Below are positions 36,327 to 51,800 of a stretch of DNA of 64,000 nucleotides, in pieces; within the stretch, counting starts at the first letter, position 1, and every line of letters starts with the position of its first letter. The position numbers and the translations under genes are program-made. The stretch comes from Paraspadella gotoi (Eukaryota > Animalia > Chaetognatha), in NCBI GenBank assembly GCA_051294375.1, contig CM119265.1, forward strand, positions 10,371,042-10,435,041. Reading direction: 5' to 3'. The notes below the pieces were generated by a model. The model was not told where the DNA came from. It made no database searches and was given only the letters and a program-made list of their open reading frames with translations.

Positions 36327-36510
36327 TAATAAAAGAAACAGATTCACAGCAGCTGAAGAACATCATGAATTCGTTTTAATTAAATTCGATTTGATTGATT
36401 TTTTGAGTATTAAAGACGAATCATAATTCCTCCTCCAACATGAGTGCTAAAAACAAAAATTATTTCACAACAGTAAAATCTAATAAAATGTCCTCGTAAT
36501 TCTTAACTAT

Positions 36511-37578
36511 TTAGTCCTTTCTCAGCAGCGACAAGACCGGCTGCAGTTCATCCGATAGCTCCCCGTCCAGTTGCCTCAGAGTGAGAGACGCTTTAGCGGC
36601 CGAGAATCGCAGCTTAGGAATGGCGAGACGGAGCAGAGCAGCCAGCTGCGAACGTAGGCCACGGACGTGGTAGTTGTCCTCGTACGAGTCCCAACACGGA
36701 AGCTCCTTTACCAAAGACCAAGCTTTGAGGGAAAAATCCAGGCTCCCCGACCAATCCTGGGAAAAATGCGCCACTAATTAAAACAGACTGGCGTTGAGGT
36801 TTACGAAAAAACCAACCACCTCCAACTTGGAAAGCGTCGTCATCTGCTCAATCGCCCGACGGTTAAAGGCGATGACCGCCGACTCCGCCGTCAGAAAGCA
36901 ATGGTGATCTCTGGCGGAGCCCATCCTCGAGCGCGGTAGGGCCTTGAAGATGGCGGCCTTGAGAGAACGCAACTCGGTCAAGTAGCGACTGACGCTGGGT
37001 CGCCGCAAAAGAGACTCGACTCGCGGCGCGGTCAGCGGGGTTTTGAAGTGGACGGCTCGAAGGATTATTTGGACGAGGTCGTCACGGCTGGCGGTTGACA
37101 ATTTGCGCCCTAGAGTCAACAGCTCGGGCGATTCCGGGATGGGACCGGCGAGACCTACGAACCTGGTGCCTCCTCCACGCATTTCCGGCGCAATGCAGAG
37201 TCTTTTCGCATTATTGCTCTTCTTCGGCCCCAGGCGTTTAGATCCTGCGCGAGGTGCGGCAACTAACGGGGAGTTTAAGAAGTCGTCTCCGCTCGATCCG
37301 CCGGTGGTAGTCGGCAAATTCTCCTTCTCATCGACCTTTAGCTTTTTGAGACGAGGACCGAGACTGTCGAGCGTGTCGGTCTCCAACGTGTCGGCTTCCG
37401 GCTGATACGCCACCAAAAATCAACACGTCAATCCCTACATTCCGAGTTAAACATTAAAGAGGACGCGTCAAGAGTCTCATTGACAGACCTTGTCTCCGAT
37501 CGATAGACGCCGATCTTCTTTCGATTTTCGATGCATCGTCGAAACGGCGACGCTGGTTGCCGATTTATTTCGCATCAT
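36511..37578 (-). CDS. Uncharacterised protein, paralog A
   Basis: Exons at about 37578-37489, 37402-36820 and 36756-36511. Translation includes LTELRSLKAAIFKALPRSRMGSARDHHCF..DWSGSLDFSLKAWSLVKELPCWD. Confidence 0.75.
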
Positions 37579-38659
37579 CGTCGTTATTATTAAGGAAAAA
37601 TAAAAGATCTGCGGGGATGAGAAAAAAAATTAGAAAAACTACATATTACAATGAAGAGAAAACACTTTTTTGGCGAAACGAACTTTTTAATTAAATTTTT
37701 GGACGACGAAAAAAAAATAAATTTCGTCGCAGGCCTCGGACGCAAAGGGGAAACGGGATCGAGATTCACGAAAACTACGTCTTGGCCAAGACAAGCCGAT
37801 CTCTTTTAACTTTTCCATATAAAAACATCCAAAAAAAGAAGAAAAAAAAACCATCCATCACCGAGGAATAAATTTGCCATCGTTTGGAAATGTAACCGGA
37901 TGAATTGAAAATTAAAAAAAAAAATAAAAGCAACGATTCAAGAATGACAATGCGGTTTTGAAGTGTACAAATTTGTAACGAGTCGAAGATACACAGAAAG
38001 ATAACTTTTGATAATTGTATCAAAAAGACAAGTTATTTAATTTTTTGTAAATAATATATATTAGAGGCAACAAAGAAACAACGGAGAGATAGATCTCTTT
38101 GAGGGAATGTACGCTGTTCTGCTCTGATATTAAAATATTTCCCAAAAAGACAAAGGAGGAAAAAGGAGTAAAGACTAAATCTAATTCAACAAACACTAAT
38201 CTTCCTATTTTTGTTGCTCTTGCCACAGAGGCCTTAAGATTCAAATGAAGACACATTATGATTATACGTAAAAACATGGAAGCTAACATCACAGAACATT
38301 GCTTAAGGCGAGCAAACAGAAGAACCAGATTTGATAATAAAGAGGAGTAAAAAAGAACCGTAGTACAAATAAGAAAAAAAACCCATGATTGCTGTAAGCC
38401 ACTGTATAATGAGTCGCAGAAGCAAATTCGACCCCTGCGAAGCTCAGTCGATATCAAATAAGAAAGAGAATAATACGCACCATGGAAAATCCCACCGACT
38501 AGTTGAAAACAAACTAAAAATATAAAACAAGCGCGAAGTTCAGTCTTCGTTTTAGCGAAAAAATAAAAATGCGTCATTTTCAATTTAATTGCAAATTTTT
38601 TTTATTTGTGATTCAGATTGATGGTCGATTAATCATCGAAACTCAGTCTGATTCCGCCT

Positions 38660-41600
38660 TCAAGACTCAGCCAGGTTCAAAAAGGCGTCGGACGCAACAG
38701 GCACGGCGCCGACGCCGGAAAAGCTGGAACGCAAAAACTCGTCCCTCGCTAAAATGACTGGATGAGGCCGAGTCACGGTGGCGTTAAAGTACCTGGCGGA
38801 AGCAGAGACATTGGGCGAAGCCGAACCCGAACTGCCCGTCGATAAAAATCTCAGATCCGGATTGAGTGGCACTGTCGCAGCCGGGGTCGTCGAAACCGGC
38901 CGAACCACGGTGACTTCCGAAGTGACGTCGGCCGTGGCGGAACGGGCGCGGCGATATTGTTGTTGCAGTTGGCGCTGCCGACTGTTTGACGCGGAATCGG
39001 AGCCGGGCCTTCCGAGCAGCGCTATTGCCGATCTCGATCCGGCGTCGCAGGGAAAAAACGCGTCGTCGAAGTGATCGCTCGGGGGCGGCGGAGGCGGCCG
39101 ATGAGTCGCCGGTTTGGCCGTCGGCGTCGAGGAAAGCGGACGCGCGCGCGGCGGAATAGGCGGCGGGGCTTCTAGATCTGCCCGGACAGTGTCCGGTTCC
39201 ATCGTCAAATTTAACGACCGCACGCGCTGACGGCGTTCCTCGCGGGCCGACGGGCAATAGTCGCGTTCCGGTGACGATTTACAGAGTCGGGTGTCTTGAC
39301 GAAAAGAGGCGGGCAGCGTGCACACAGGCTGCGCAGGCGCAGAAATAGACGAGGGCCGAGGCGCGGTCATCGACGTCGGTTTAACTGGCACGGGACGCTG
39401 GGAGGAAGGGCGAAGTGGCAATGTTTGCGGCGAAGAGACCGGGGGACGTTGCGGCAGTGGAGGAGACAGCACGGGGAGAGCTTCGCGAGGTTTGTTGCAA
39501 GAGAATTGACGGGTACGCGACTTAGCAGCGGAGTTACAACCGCCGCTACACGAGTCCCGATGAGTCGGAGGATGATGATGATGATGATGATTTTTGGAAT
39601 GGGATTTCGACGACGACGACGATTTGTGAGAATCGAAATCCTTCAGTTGCGTCGACGTCGACGACGATGGATCTTTGCCGTTGTAATATTCGGAGGTAAC
39701 GAAGGAGACGTCTTTGGTGGCGGCCTTGTGCGAAGACCTCGAAGTGGAATAGCGGTGACAATGAGATTGCTGCTGTTGCTGGTGATGATGATTATGATGA
39801 TGATGATGATGATGACGCTGCTGAGAATTTCTGTCGGGCCTCTCGGTGACATAATCTTTGGATCGGGAGCCCTCCGACGTTCGCCGAGGTCGACCCCCTT
39901 TGATAGAGTCCTTGCGGGGACGCTCAGCTTCACGCGGAGACTGCTCTTCCGAAGCGTCGGAGGTTAAACTTTCGGTTCGCGGGTTGGAGCAGCTCGACAA
40001 AGTGTTTCGCTTCTTTTCCGATTTTTTCGATGCTCGTCGACCGTCGAGTGTGCTAGAATGAAAAAAATATTTTTTAATTTTAATATTTTTTTTATTTTTT
40101 TAATATTTTAATATTTTTTAATTTTTTACTTTTAGTTTATATACATTAATTGCAAGGACATTGATTACATGTCCATTTTACACACCTGTTGGGAGTGCTC
40201 ATGGCCAATGGACTCTGAAATGGCGAGGATCCTCGATCTACGAACTGCGGGGACGTCGACGAAGACTCAGACGATTCCGAGTGTTTATACTTTCCGCGCG
40301 ACGAACCAGGCGAGAGAAGCGATGGCGACGGAGACGAAGCACCCGAATCGACGGCGCCGTCCTTGACTGGGGATTTCACGCTTTTCTTTCCCAAAATTCG
40401 ATTGATGAGTCCGACTTTGGTTCGCGGTTTCCCCTCAGCTTCGGAGAGAGCGAGACGATCAAAGTCCGCCAGTTTCTTTCGCTTCTCCGAATACGTCGTT
40501 CCGCGAGAACTTCCGTTGGAGGTCGATTCCGTGGCGTCGTTCCAACTGTGGACGAGGTTCGCGTCTTGGCTAAAGGAATTTTAACAAATTTAGATCTAAA
40601 CTAAAATAAAATTCCAATTTTTTTAAATTTAAAATTAATTAATCTATTGTTAGTTGTATAAGTATCCACTAACTTGCGAAATGCTCCTTTGCCGAATTTA
40701 AAGTGAAAAGGAGCCATATTAGGAAAGGGATCGGGCAGCGAGGAGTGTGTGCTCGCCATCGACGGCGACCTCGGAAGTGTAGCCGGCTTCCCATCTCCAC
40801 CGTCCAGAGTGTCTCTCTCCAGACCCCAAACGACGGGATCCAAAGGATCCTGCAACAATAGATGGGGCTTGGGCGGCATCATACCGAAGAGGTTACCGCC
40901 CGCCTCGTTTCGGATCGTCTCGGCGGAAACAAGGCAGGGCTGCGACGGCGCGTTGGAGAGCATCATCATCATGTAATTTCCGCCGTTCACTCCGCGCGTC
41001 CCGTAGACGGATTCTACGACGCCATTGACGTAGTGCCCGCCAACATCTCCGAGATCACCGGCGATGACGAAGTTTGTCTTCGATTCGGAAGTCGGGTTCG
41101 AGTCCGGCGTCGGCCTCGGAGCGATCATCGTCTCGTAGCCGAGATCTTCGCCGCCGGTCGGGCCAGCGACGAGAGGTTTGGGCGTGGAAGAACGCGAGAC
41201 GCAAGAGGCGGACGAAGCTGAAGAGACGAGGGTAGAAGAGGAGCCGACGGCAGAAATCGGATCGAGAGGTTCAGGTAGTGCAGTCGTCAACGAGGCGATG
41301 GAGCTGAGGGAAGTCATCTCCGTCGTCGCAGACTTTATTGAGCTGGTCTCTGAATCTAGGGACGACGGATCCCGTAAGTCGTTGTCATCACCGACGGTCG
41401 AAGCAGGGGTGTAACCGTGAGAGGACGGTTCGCCGAATCCATAGAGATTCGCCGATCGAGCGATAGTCTCGTAGAGGCGAACGCGGGCCTCGTCGACGAC
41501 AGACTTCTTCCGCTGATAGTCGGACAAAAAGGATGCCAACTCGTGGAATCCCGAAGCGGCGGCTAATTGTTGAGGTGTCTGCTCGTCAATGTTGCACACC

Positions 41601-43770
41601 GTCTGAGGGAATGGAGGAAAGTAAGCAACGCAAATAAAGTTATAGAAATGTTCTGACGATTCTTTGCAAAACAATCTAAGAATAGTACAGAAGGCTTCAT
41701 ATTATAAAATGTGGTGCCCCTTTTTTGTGACCAGAATCTGTTCCCACCAAACTACCCGATCGAATTTAATGAAATTTTACCTAATGTCTATATAAATGGA
41801 ACTATCGAGGCGAATTTTGATATTCAACCCCTGACAAGAGATACAGGACCCTGGGGGTGGACCCCTGGGGGGCCAAAAAATTCTACATTTTTTTTTTATT
41901 TTTCAGAATTTTTTAGTAGCATCAGGCGCATTGACGTTTTAAACATAAGAAAAAACATTTTAGAACTAAAATTGATAAATTTGCAATAATTAAGCATGAT
42001 TGAAGACGCATGGTTCATCGTTTTACTTCCAATTTTCCCAAATTATTCCAAATCTGACTTTAACTGCTGATGTTCATGAAGCTAAAAATTAAGGTAAATG
42101 AATATTTTTGAGGTAATAAATATGTTTTTGTGGAAGAATAAATGTCTGTGCAACTGTTGAAAATAAAATTTTTTTAAAAATTTTTGACCATTTTTTGCCC
42201 CCATGGGTGACCCCCCCCCCCCCCGGGGGCTCAGCGGTCAAATATTGAAATTCGCCTCGATAGTTCTATTTGTATTCACATAGGGATCGTTCATTCCAAA
42301 TTTCAATAAATTTGGTCCAGTAGTTTTCTCGGAACGAGTTCTGGTAGCAAAAAAGGGGTACTGTGGCGGTATATTCACACCGCCTCATGTCCACCATCCT
42401 TCAGCCAAATCCATTGGCTCAGAGGGGGAACACACCATCCCAAGCGTAGTGTTCCATCCACAGTCCTAACGACTTCCCTCTGCGTTGGCAAAGCGAGACC
42501 GTCCTAGGGTAACCGCGCCAGTGACTGGAGGCGTCACTGAGGGTCGGAAGCCCCCAAAGCCAACAGTGAGATGCCCCATCCCAATGGGCATCACAGGCAA
42601 CCCGGCTGTTGCCATAGTACCTCATTTTATAATATGAAGTCTTCTGTAATCTTCGAACATTGTATTTTACTTCTCATCTTACCTGCAAAACTTCGATGCC
42701 CGGACAATCGAGCAAGTTGGCGCAGAGATCTTTGAGACCGAAAGACGCAGCCAAATGCAGTAGCGTGGGATACTTTCTCAAAGTGCTGCGATGTTCCGTC
42801 GCCGACGCAGCAGCAGACGGAAGACGCAGCGCCCGGTCGATCGGCTCGTAGGGCGCGTTGTGCTGAAAAATTTTTACGAGACGTCGATCGAGGGCGGCGT
42901 TGTCGGCGATGTCAAGACCAAGGGCGTCGGCGAGGGCGCTCAAGGGATTGGCGACGGACTCGAGGAAGAAAGAGAGACGCTCGCTGGAGGATTCGACGAA
43001 GAGCGGACCCTCGGCGACGCAACGCGTGGACACGTTCGACCCCTCCGCGTCGCTCTCCGTCAAAACGATGAGGCGCGGGCCGGGAGACATGGCAGGCAAA
43101 TCGCAGGTGACAGAGTGAAGATTCTGGTAGAAGCAATCGGCCACTGATAAATCCTCTTTCTCGTCTTTGAGACTGGGCCCGGCCCGCATGACGCTGACGC
43201 GGTAGCGACGGGAGGCGTCCAGGCGAGAGCCGTTGACGAGGATGCAGAGGGTGGAAGCGACACTGGATGAGACGGTCGAGGGGAAAGGCTGGAGGATCAA
43301 GTGATCGGATGAGGACGCGTTCGGATGCCACGAGAGGTGATGCAGCGGATTGTCGGAATCGCGAACGCGGCTAGTCGAGTAAGTTGGGAGATCTTGCAAG
43401 GGCAGAGTCGTGGGTCTGGTGCTCGCCGACGAGGCTGACTGGAGATCCTGAGAGGCGATGGCACCGCCGTCCAACACCGGTGTCTGCCATGGGGAGATAG
43501 TGGGAGTTGGCGTTGAAGAAACTTTGGGAGAATCTTGAACAGGAAACTCATCGGGTGAAGCCATGACTGGAGCGTTGATGTATTCCGCACAAGATGATGG
43601 ACTGTGTATAATTTAAACACAATAAAAATTAGATATTAACGATTATCATGCGAACTTGCTTATGTATTGAACCATTCTCACCCGGACTCGCAAACGGGGC
43701 TGGGATCAGAGTCGCAGGCATTGAGGCGGCGACGACGGTGACGTTCCGCGGCGGAAGCGGAAGACGCCAT
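38660..43770 (-). CDS. Dof/BCAP/BANK-family (PIK3AP1-like) adaptor: DBB region, ankyrin repeats, long disordered tail
   Basis: Exons at about 43770-43682, 43601-42683, 41602-40674, 40571-40185 and 40032-38660. Motifs include FLESVANPLSALADALG..LDRRL, YPTLLHLAASFGLKDLCANLLDCPG and NIDEQTPQQLAAASGFHELASFL, plus YETM, YMMM and YVN. Confidence 0.8.
41688..42646. mobile_element. MITE family A copy lacking the DIRS insertion but carrying a solo LTR
   Basis: TA|CAGAAGGCTTCATATTATAAAATG ... CATTTTATAATATGAAGTCTTCTG|TA. Confidence 0.92.
42362..42616 (+). mobile_element. Solo LTR (255 bp) of the TRIM at 61672-62414
   Basis: GTAC|TGTGGCGG...GTTGCCATA|GTAC (4-bp TSD). Near-identical reverse complement of 62160-62414. 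Confidence 0.93.
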
Positions 43771-44066
43771 CTTTCAATCGACGACCAATTTTTAAGCAAT
43801 ACAAAAATGCGTAACAAAAATGTCAAAAGGGAAAAAAATGAGAAACAAAAAAAAATCTGGGTGTTGGGGAGAAAATTAAAACGAAACTTAGAAATACAAT
43901 AATAGCAAAACAATTCGTTTAAAAAATAAATAAACAATCGTTGAAGATTAAACAAGTCAATCTTTTGAAAAGGATTTCATGGGATCATGGGAGGATGATA
44001 TCCAATTTCATTTCCAGTTTTTCAACGAATCGTACTTATACTCAGTAAGTAGGCCACTTTCAATCC

Positions 44067-44615
44067 TCATTCCTCATCCTTAATTCTTTTCAAAAAGTCT
44101 AGCTCGAATCGAAGAAAGGCTTTCATCGACGGATCCGTGAGTTGCTCCAACGCTTTCTCCGCCATGTCTCCCCCGTCCTCGTAATACTCGATGAGCTCCT
44201 GAAGCAAAACGGAAGAAAGCCTTAATTCTCGCCAAACTTACGAGCTCATCACTTTCTCTCTTCTCTCCGAAAAACATACCTTGGCGTGTTCGAGCCAAAC
44301 GCAGTTGGCGCAACCGCTCATGCAACAGAGTCCGCCGGGGGGCTCATCGGGCGGCGGGCCTTTTCCCGGAAGGGCGGGCAAGCTCGATGACGAGTCACTT
44401 TCAGATCCGAGAGACGGCGCCTTTTCGAAGACGTCACCCGACTTTGCGTCGTCGTCGCAATCCCCGGCGCCAACGGAAGTCGAAAAGGCGCGCGAAAGTG
44501 AGAGACGGAAACGAAACGGCGTGCACGTCACGTGTTTAATACTAGACGTCGAAATCCCGTCGATTCCATGGGCGAAGAGTCTCGTTCCGATTCGGGCGAC
44601 GAGATAAGGATGCAT
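44067..44615 (-). CDS. OXLD1: Oxidoreductase-like domain-containing protein 1
   Basis: PPPDEPPGGLCCMSGCANCVWLEHAK|ELIEYYEDGG..ALEQLTDPSMKAFLRFEL, two exons, with a mitochondrial-type N-terminus. Confidence 0.85.
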
Positions 44616-46300
44616 CGAAATCGATCCACGTTCATAGCGACTACGAGTATTTAGTGTTTTGAAAGTGTTTCAGAGTCGCTACTAAATAAATGTTTGATCG
44701 GAAATCGTAATCTATGGTTCGAAAAATCCTGATAGAGGAAGAAACAAATGTCTATAAAATTTAACCCAGTTTATATATAAATTATAATACGCAAAATTTT
44801 TCCAAACGGTTCAGATTCTTGCATTTAGTATGTCCCGTTTTGAGGTTATTCTGTTTTGTACACCGAATTACTAGTACAGCAAGTTACGTCTTCGTTCTCG
44901 ATGGGTTGACGTTATTTTATGAGAAAATTAGAAGCCATGGTTTTAGAGAGACAGAATTGTGGAACTAGGAATTACTTTTTTTCTCGATGAAAGCAAACTC
45001 GGTATGATATAAGTAAAGAGAGACTAGTAAATATCGATAAAATACGAGTACTGAAGAAACGAGAGAGAAATTTTTTGCTTCATAAAAACCCACGCGCTTT
45101 TTCAGAAGCGTCTCTTGACAACAAAAGCGAATTTATTAAACAAACTCATGATTTGCGTTGAAAAAAAAATCCGGTCCTTTGCAGCAAAATGACACGGTAC
45201 ATTAGTTTAAACTTAAAAGCTCGTGTTATAAGCAGCGGAATATTGTCCGTCATACGAATACATGTATATGCTCAGGTAAAAGTTGTAACAAATGTCATGT
45301 AGAATTAGTTGTAGAAGCAAGAATTCTAGAATACTATTTCTTTCTTTAATTCATGATAAATCCGGTTTTTGAATCTTTTACTAAAATTTTTTGTCCTAAG
45401 AGGCAGTGGTTAAAATCATCGTAATGTTGTTGAAGCACCGATTCTAAAATTAAACACGTATGACTGTCGGATTTTAGGTATATAAAAATATTTCTCGATT
45501 TAAATCCCTCCAATCTAATTTTAAAAATATTTTTAAAAAATCATTTCAAAATTATATTTATCAGTTATTAATCGACTAGAATAATAGTTATATTTTTTAA
45601 GATGAAATAAAAATTGGAAAAAAGCTTTCATTAAATGCAAATTCATGATCATAATAATTAGACGACGAATCTGGCGAGAGCTTTAAAATTTTCCCTAATA
45701 AAACTCATACCTAATTCAATATAAAAGTTCTTCCATCACAGATAAATCCTCCCACAATCATAACCGATTTATCGCATTTTTTTTCTCCACGGGAACTATT
45801 TATCCGCCAGAAACGCTAATAAGAAGAATCGGGTAAACACAAAAACTAACAACTACTAACGATGCAGCCAAAAAAGTCCACGGTAACACGAAACAAATAA
45901 ACTCGTTTTCAAAATGTGGACGAATAAATTTAAAAACTTTGTAACAATATGTCTCGGAGGGGGGGGGGAAATACGGGTAAGCTTCCACGTAGCGATTTTT
46001 GTTGTTGATACACGTATTGCGATTTTTAAAAAAAATCATACACTTATGATGCAATATTCTTTACAAGAAGACACTTGCAATAATGTTAACAAAAACTGAA
46101 TGATTTAAAAAAAATATATCACCTTCGAAGCGGCTATGGTTCGCGTGTTAGGACCAAACGGTTATCACGGACGAAATAAACTAACTTTTTTCGCAAAAAG
46201 TTCCTTTGTTGCGTTTACGGAAATGACCTAAACTGCGAATGACTTTTATTTCAATATAGACCAATTTAAAAAAAATTCCAATTAAGCCTAAATGATTTCC

Positions 46301-47759
<1,459 letters not shown>

Positions 47760-48855
47760 TCACAGTCAGACTTTAGCTTTAAGACTTTCCTTGAGGGGAC
47801 GTGATTTTACATTCGGGGGCGAGTAAGGGGAAACGGTGGGCGACGCTAAGGTTGCGGGTTCGGGCGAAAATCTTTATGTGAGGTTTTTACTAAATTTCTA
47901 TTCGCTCGTCACGTATTACAAAGTTTTTCTTTTGGTCGTTTGAGAGAAACTTCATTGAGTATCACAGTCGAAAAAGAAATAAAGGGAGTTCCCTGATGCG
48001 TTTATACTTTTTTTGTTCGTGCGTTTTTTTTGTTCGTAACCAACCGAAAAAAATATCCTGAAAAATTAGTTAAAATAGGAAAAAAAATCAGAATAAAATC
48101 CAAATTATACTATAACTCAATAAACTTCGATTGGTGGGAACAACGTGAACCAAAATGTTTAACGAATGACCAAGTCTACCGTAAATCGAAACAGATTTGT
48201 ATGTTTTCAAAATATTTGAGAAAAGTCGATATTCCTTAATCTCGGAATAAAAGTAGAGCATTAGATAACAAATATAAATGAATAAAACAACCAAGCCAAA
48301 AAAGTAAAAATAAAACGATCGGAAGAGTAGAAGTGAAAACTTCTCTTTTTGATTTGTTGCCAACCTCAAAAACTCCTTCAACGCCTAATTCTTCGAAAAA
48401 TAATATGCTTGGCAAAAGATTAATGTCGACTGGATATAAAACACCTTTTCAGTTTGCCGATAAATAAAGTCGTTGCAATTTCTGTTCAGATCTTTTACAC
48501 AATTTAGTCCCCTCAAATTATCATTTTTAAATTAGAAAAGAGAATAAGAAAATGCAATTCAAATATTAATTTAAGTTATAAATAGATTCAATTTCGTATC
48601 AAATCATGACTACGAGGCCATTACACATTAATCTTTTACAAAGTGTATTAAACATTCATTTTTACCTCGTATGAGATCAATTTATAAAAGATAGGTAAAA
48701 ACATGAAATCTTTGATATGAAACAATTTTAATTAAAGGCATTTCGTCATCATCCAAACTAAAAAATCCCAACAGAATAGTATAACAGTATATAGGATTTT
48801 TTTTCTTCAAGATATTTTTTTATACTATTTTTGGTCAAAATAAACTGTTTTGGTG

Positions 48856-51800
48856 TCATTGCTGCGTACAGTCCAGATTGTCGCCCATCTCATCGGCGAT
48901 CTTGTTGGATAGAAGCGTCCTCAGTTTGTCCACGTCACGCCGAACCGCTTTGACGCGCGCCAAACAAGTGGCGGGGTCTTTATCGGCTTCGGCTTGAAAG
49001 TTACTCCTTTCCGGTACTTTTGCGTGGGTGGCGTCCTCTCGTCGAAGGCCCAAAAGGACGGACATATTAGGGTCCTTGCCCTCCGCTTCGTCGGTGCAAA
49101 TTTGAACTAAACCCTAATAAAAATAAGTACGTATTATCTAAAATTATGAAGGAATTTACGAGATATGAGCATTTAAAACAAGTGGGACAGACCGACCGAC
49201 AGGGGAGTCGAGCGAAAAGTTAAATTCAAATAATCCTACACTCTAAAATCTTCACCTGCAATTCTGCCAAGCATTCGGCCAGTTCAGCCGCAACACGCTG
49301 TTGCATCTTTTCCCTCAACGCTGCATCCTCACCGTCGCTTTTGAGTTCAGCCAGATCTTCCGTCAACTGCGCCAAGCGTTGACGTAGAGATTCCTTAAGA
49401 GTTATGGCACTTATTGAAAGTTATTTTCGCTGGATTGTGTTATTACTTTGAATTAATTTATATATTTTAATTAAAGGTAATTAACATTAATCATTTAACT
49501 ACCGAGAAAGAGATGTATACGGGTTTTTCTATCATAGTAAAATATATTTTTTTGTAGGTAAATGGGCTTTAATATACATTGGGCAAAGTTTCCAACACAG
49601 AGTTTAGAAAGAACAGTGGTCAATTGTGAGGACAGATTAAGGTGAAACAAACAGAGCTAGTTTGTGAAATTGAAATGGTGCGAGAGAGAGGAGAGAGAGT
49701 GAGAGAAATTGAAAAATAATACATTGTGCAATATACAACAAAGATAAATATTGTTTAAAACTTAATGATTAGTGTTAATTATTAGCTACTGTAAATAAAT
49801 AAGTTAGTGAAGATGAAATTGTGAAATTTGAAATGTGAAGGAAATAGTGGTGAGGGATAGTTAAGCAATTAGTAAAGTGAAAGTATAAGAGTTAAGATAC
49901 AGTTCAAAATGAGCTGGCCCCCCTTGGCTTGTGCAAAGGCTTGTACCTAAGCCGAAACATGTCCGTTATTAATGAAATAAATCGTTGTTGAAACTAATTT
50001 CAAACTCTTCTAATTGCCATTATACAACGAACCGAAAGGATTATACCACGATTCTTAGCTTAAAATGCTAAAAATTAGCTTCAAAGTTGCCGTAATATTT
50101 TTTTTTCCTTCGTGGTATTCATGTACATGTCGAGAAACAGGCATTTAGCTTTGAAATCCCCCTATCTCCCAAACCTTTCTCTTCCTACGAAGGATGACTA
50201 TAGACACAAGACACACCCATGAAAGGCTGCCAACCTGACTTCGAAATGCTGCCAAAAAGAATAAATCTGTCAAGGCAATCAACCGAGAAAAACAAACGTG
50301 AAAAGGCGAAAAAGGGACGGTAGCCGCGAAACACTTCTGCTCAAAAGGGAATGAAAAAAAAAAACTAGAGAAAAAATAGTGGCGAAATGGAGGCAGCTAG
50401 TACAAGTTACGATAAAATAATATAAAATATAATAAGCGTCGGAAATAAATAATGGCAAAAAGGCAACAATAATTCTTGAAATAAAGAATAAAAATTCGAA
50501 CAGCAGTGTGATTAAAGTAGCTAAACTAAACTAAAACTAAAACTAAAACCAAATATCTTAAAAGTATGGGGATCTCGCCAGACGTTACTATCAAAGAAAA
50601 TTAATGAAAATATCCGGAAAAAAAAGAATTATTGATTGATTGATGTAATAATAATTGATTGATTGATGTATTAGTAATTGATTAATTGATGTAATAATTA
50701 TTAATAGATGTAATAATTATTAATTGATATAATAATGATTGAGTAATATAATAGAAATTGATTGATTGTGGTAATAGTAATTGATTGATGCAATAGTAAT
50801 TGATTGATGCTATGATAACCAATTATTAATACAATTATAACCAGTTATTGATGCAATGATAACCAAATATTGATGCAATGATAACCAAATGATTGATGCG
50901 ATGATAATCAAATGATTGATGCGATGTTATAATCATTCATTTGATGCGATGATAATCATTCATTGATGCGATGATAATCATTCATTGATGCGATGATAAT
51001 CATTCATTGATGCGATGATAATCATTCATTGATGCGATGATAAATCATTCATTGATGCGATGATTAATCATTCATTGATTGCGATGATAATCATTCATTG
51101 ATGCGATGATAATCATTCATTGATGCGATGATATTCATTCATTGATGCGTATGATAATCATTCATTGATGCGATGATAATCATTCATTGATGCGATGATA
51201 ATCATTCATTGATGCGAGATATTTTTTTATAATCATTCATTGATGCGATGATAATCATTCATTGATGCGATGATAATCATCATCATTGATGCGATGATAT
51301 CATTCATTATGACGCGATGATAATCATTCATTGACGCGAGATATCATCTGATGCGAAGATAATCATTCATTGATGCGGAAGATAATTCATTCATTGATGC
51401 GATGATAATCATTTATTGAATGCGATGATAGTCATTCATTGATGCGATGATAGTCATTCATTGATGCGATGATAGTCATTCATTGATGCGATGATAGTCA
51501 TTCATTGATGCGATGATAGTCATTCATTGATGCGATGATAGTCATTCATTGATGCGATGATAGTCATTCATTGATGCGATGATAGTCATTCATTGATGCG
51601 ATGATAGTCATTCATTGATGCGATGATAGTCATTCATTGATGCGATGAATATCATTTCGGAGTCATTCATTGATGCGATGAAAGTCATTCATTGATGCGA
51701 TGAAAGTCATTGATGCGATGATAGTTATTCATCGTAAATAAAACATGCAGAGTGAGAGAGTGAGAAAGAAAAAAAGATAAAGAGAAGCTGGACAGCCGCT

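Noticed and set aside
38020-38583. 187-aa hydrophobic minus-strand ORF
   Set aside because: Its T-rich composition is unlike genuine exons here and it has no motif. It is likely 3' UTR or a decayed repeat.
50920-51732. Regular 22-bp repeats resembling a CRISPR array
   Set aside because: The units are head-to-tail with no unique spacers, there are no cas genes, and the context is an intron-rich eukaryote.
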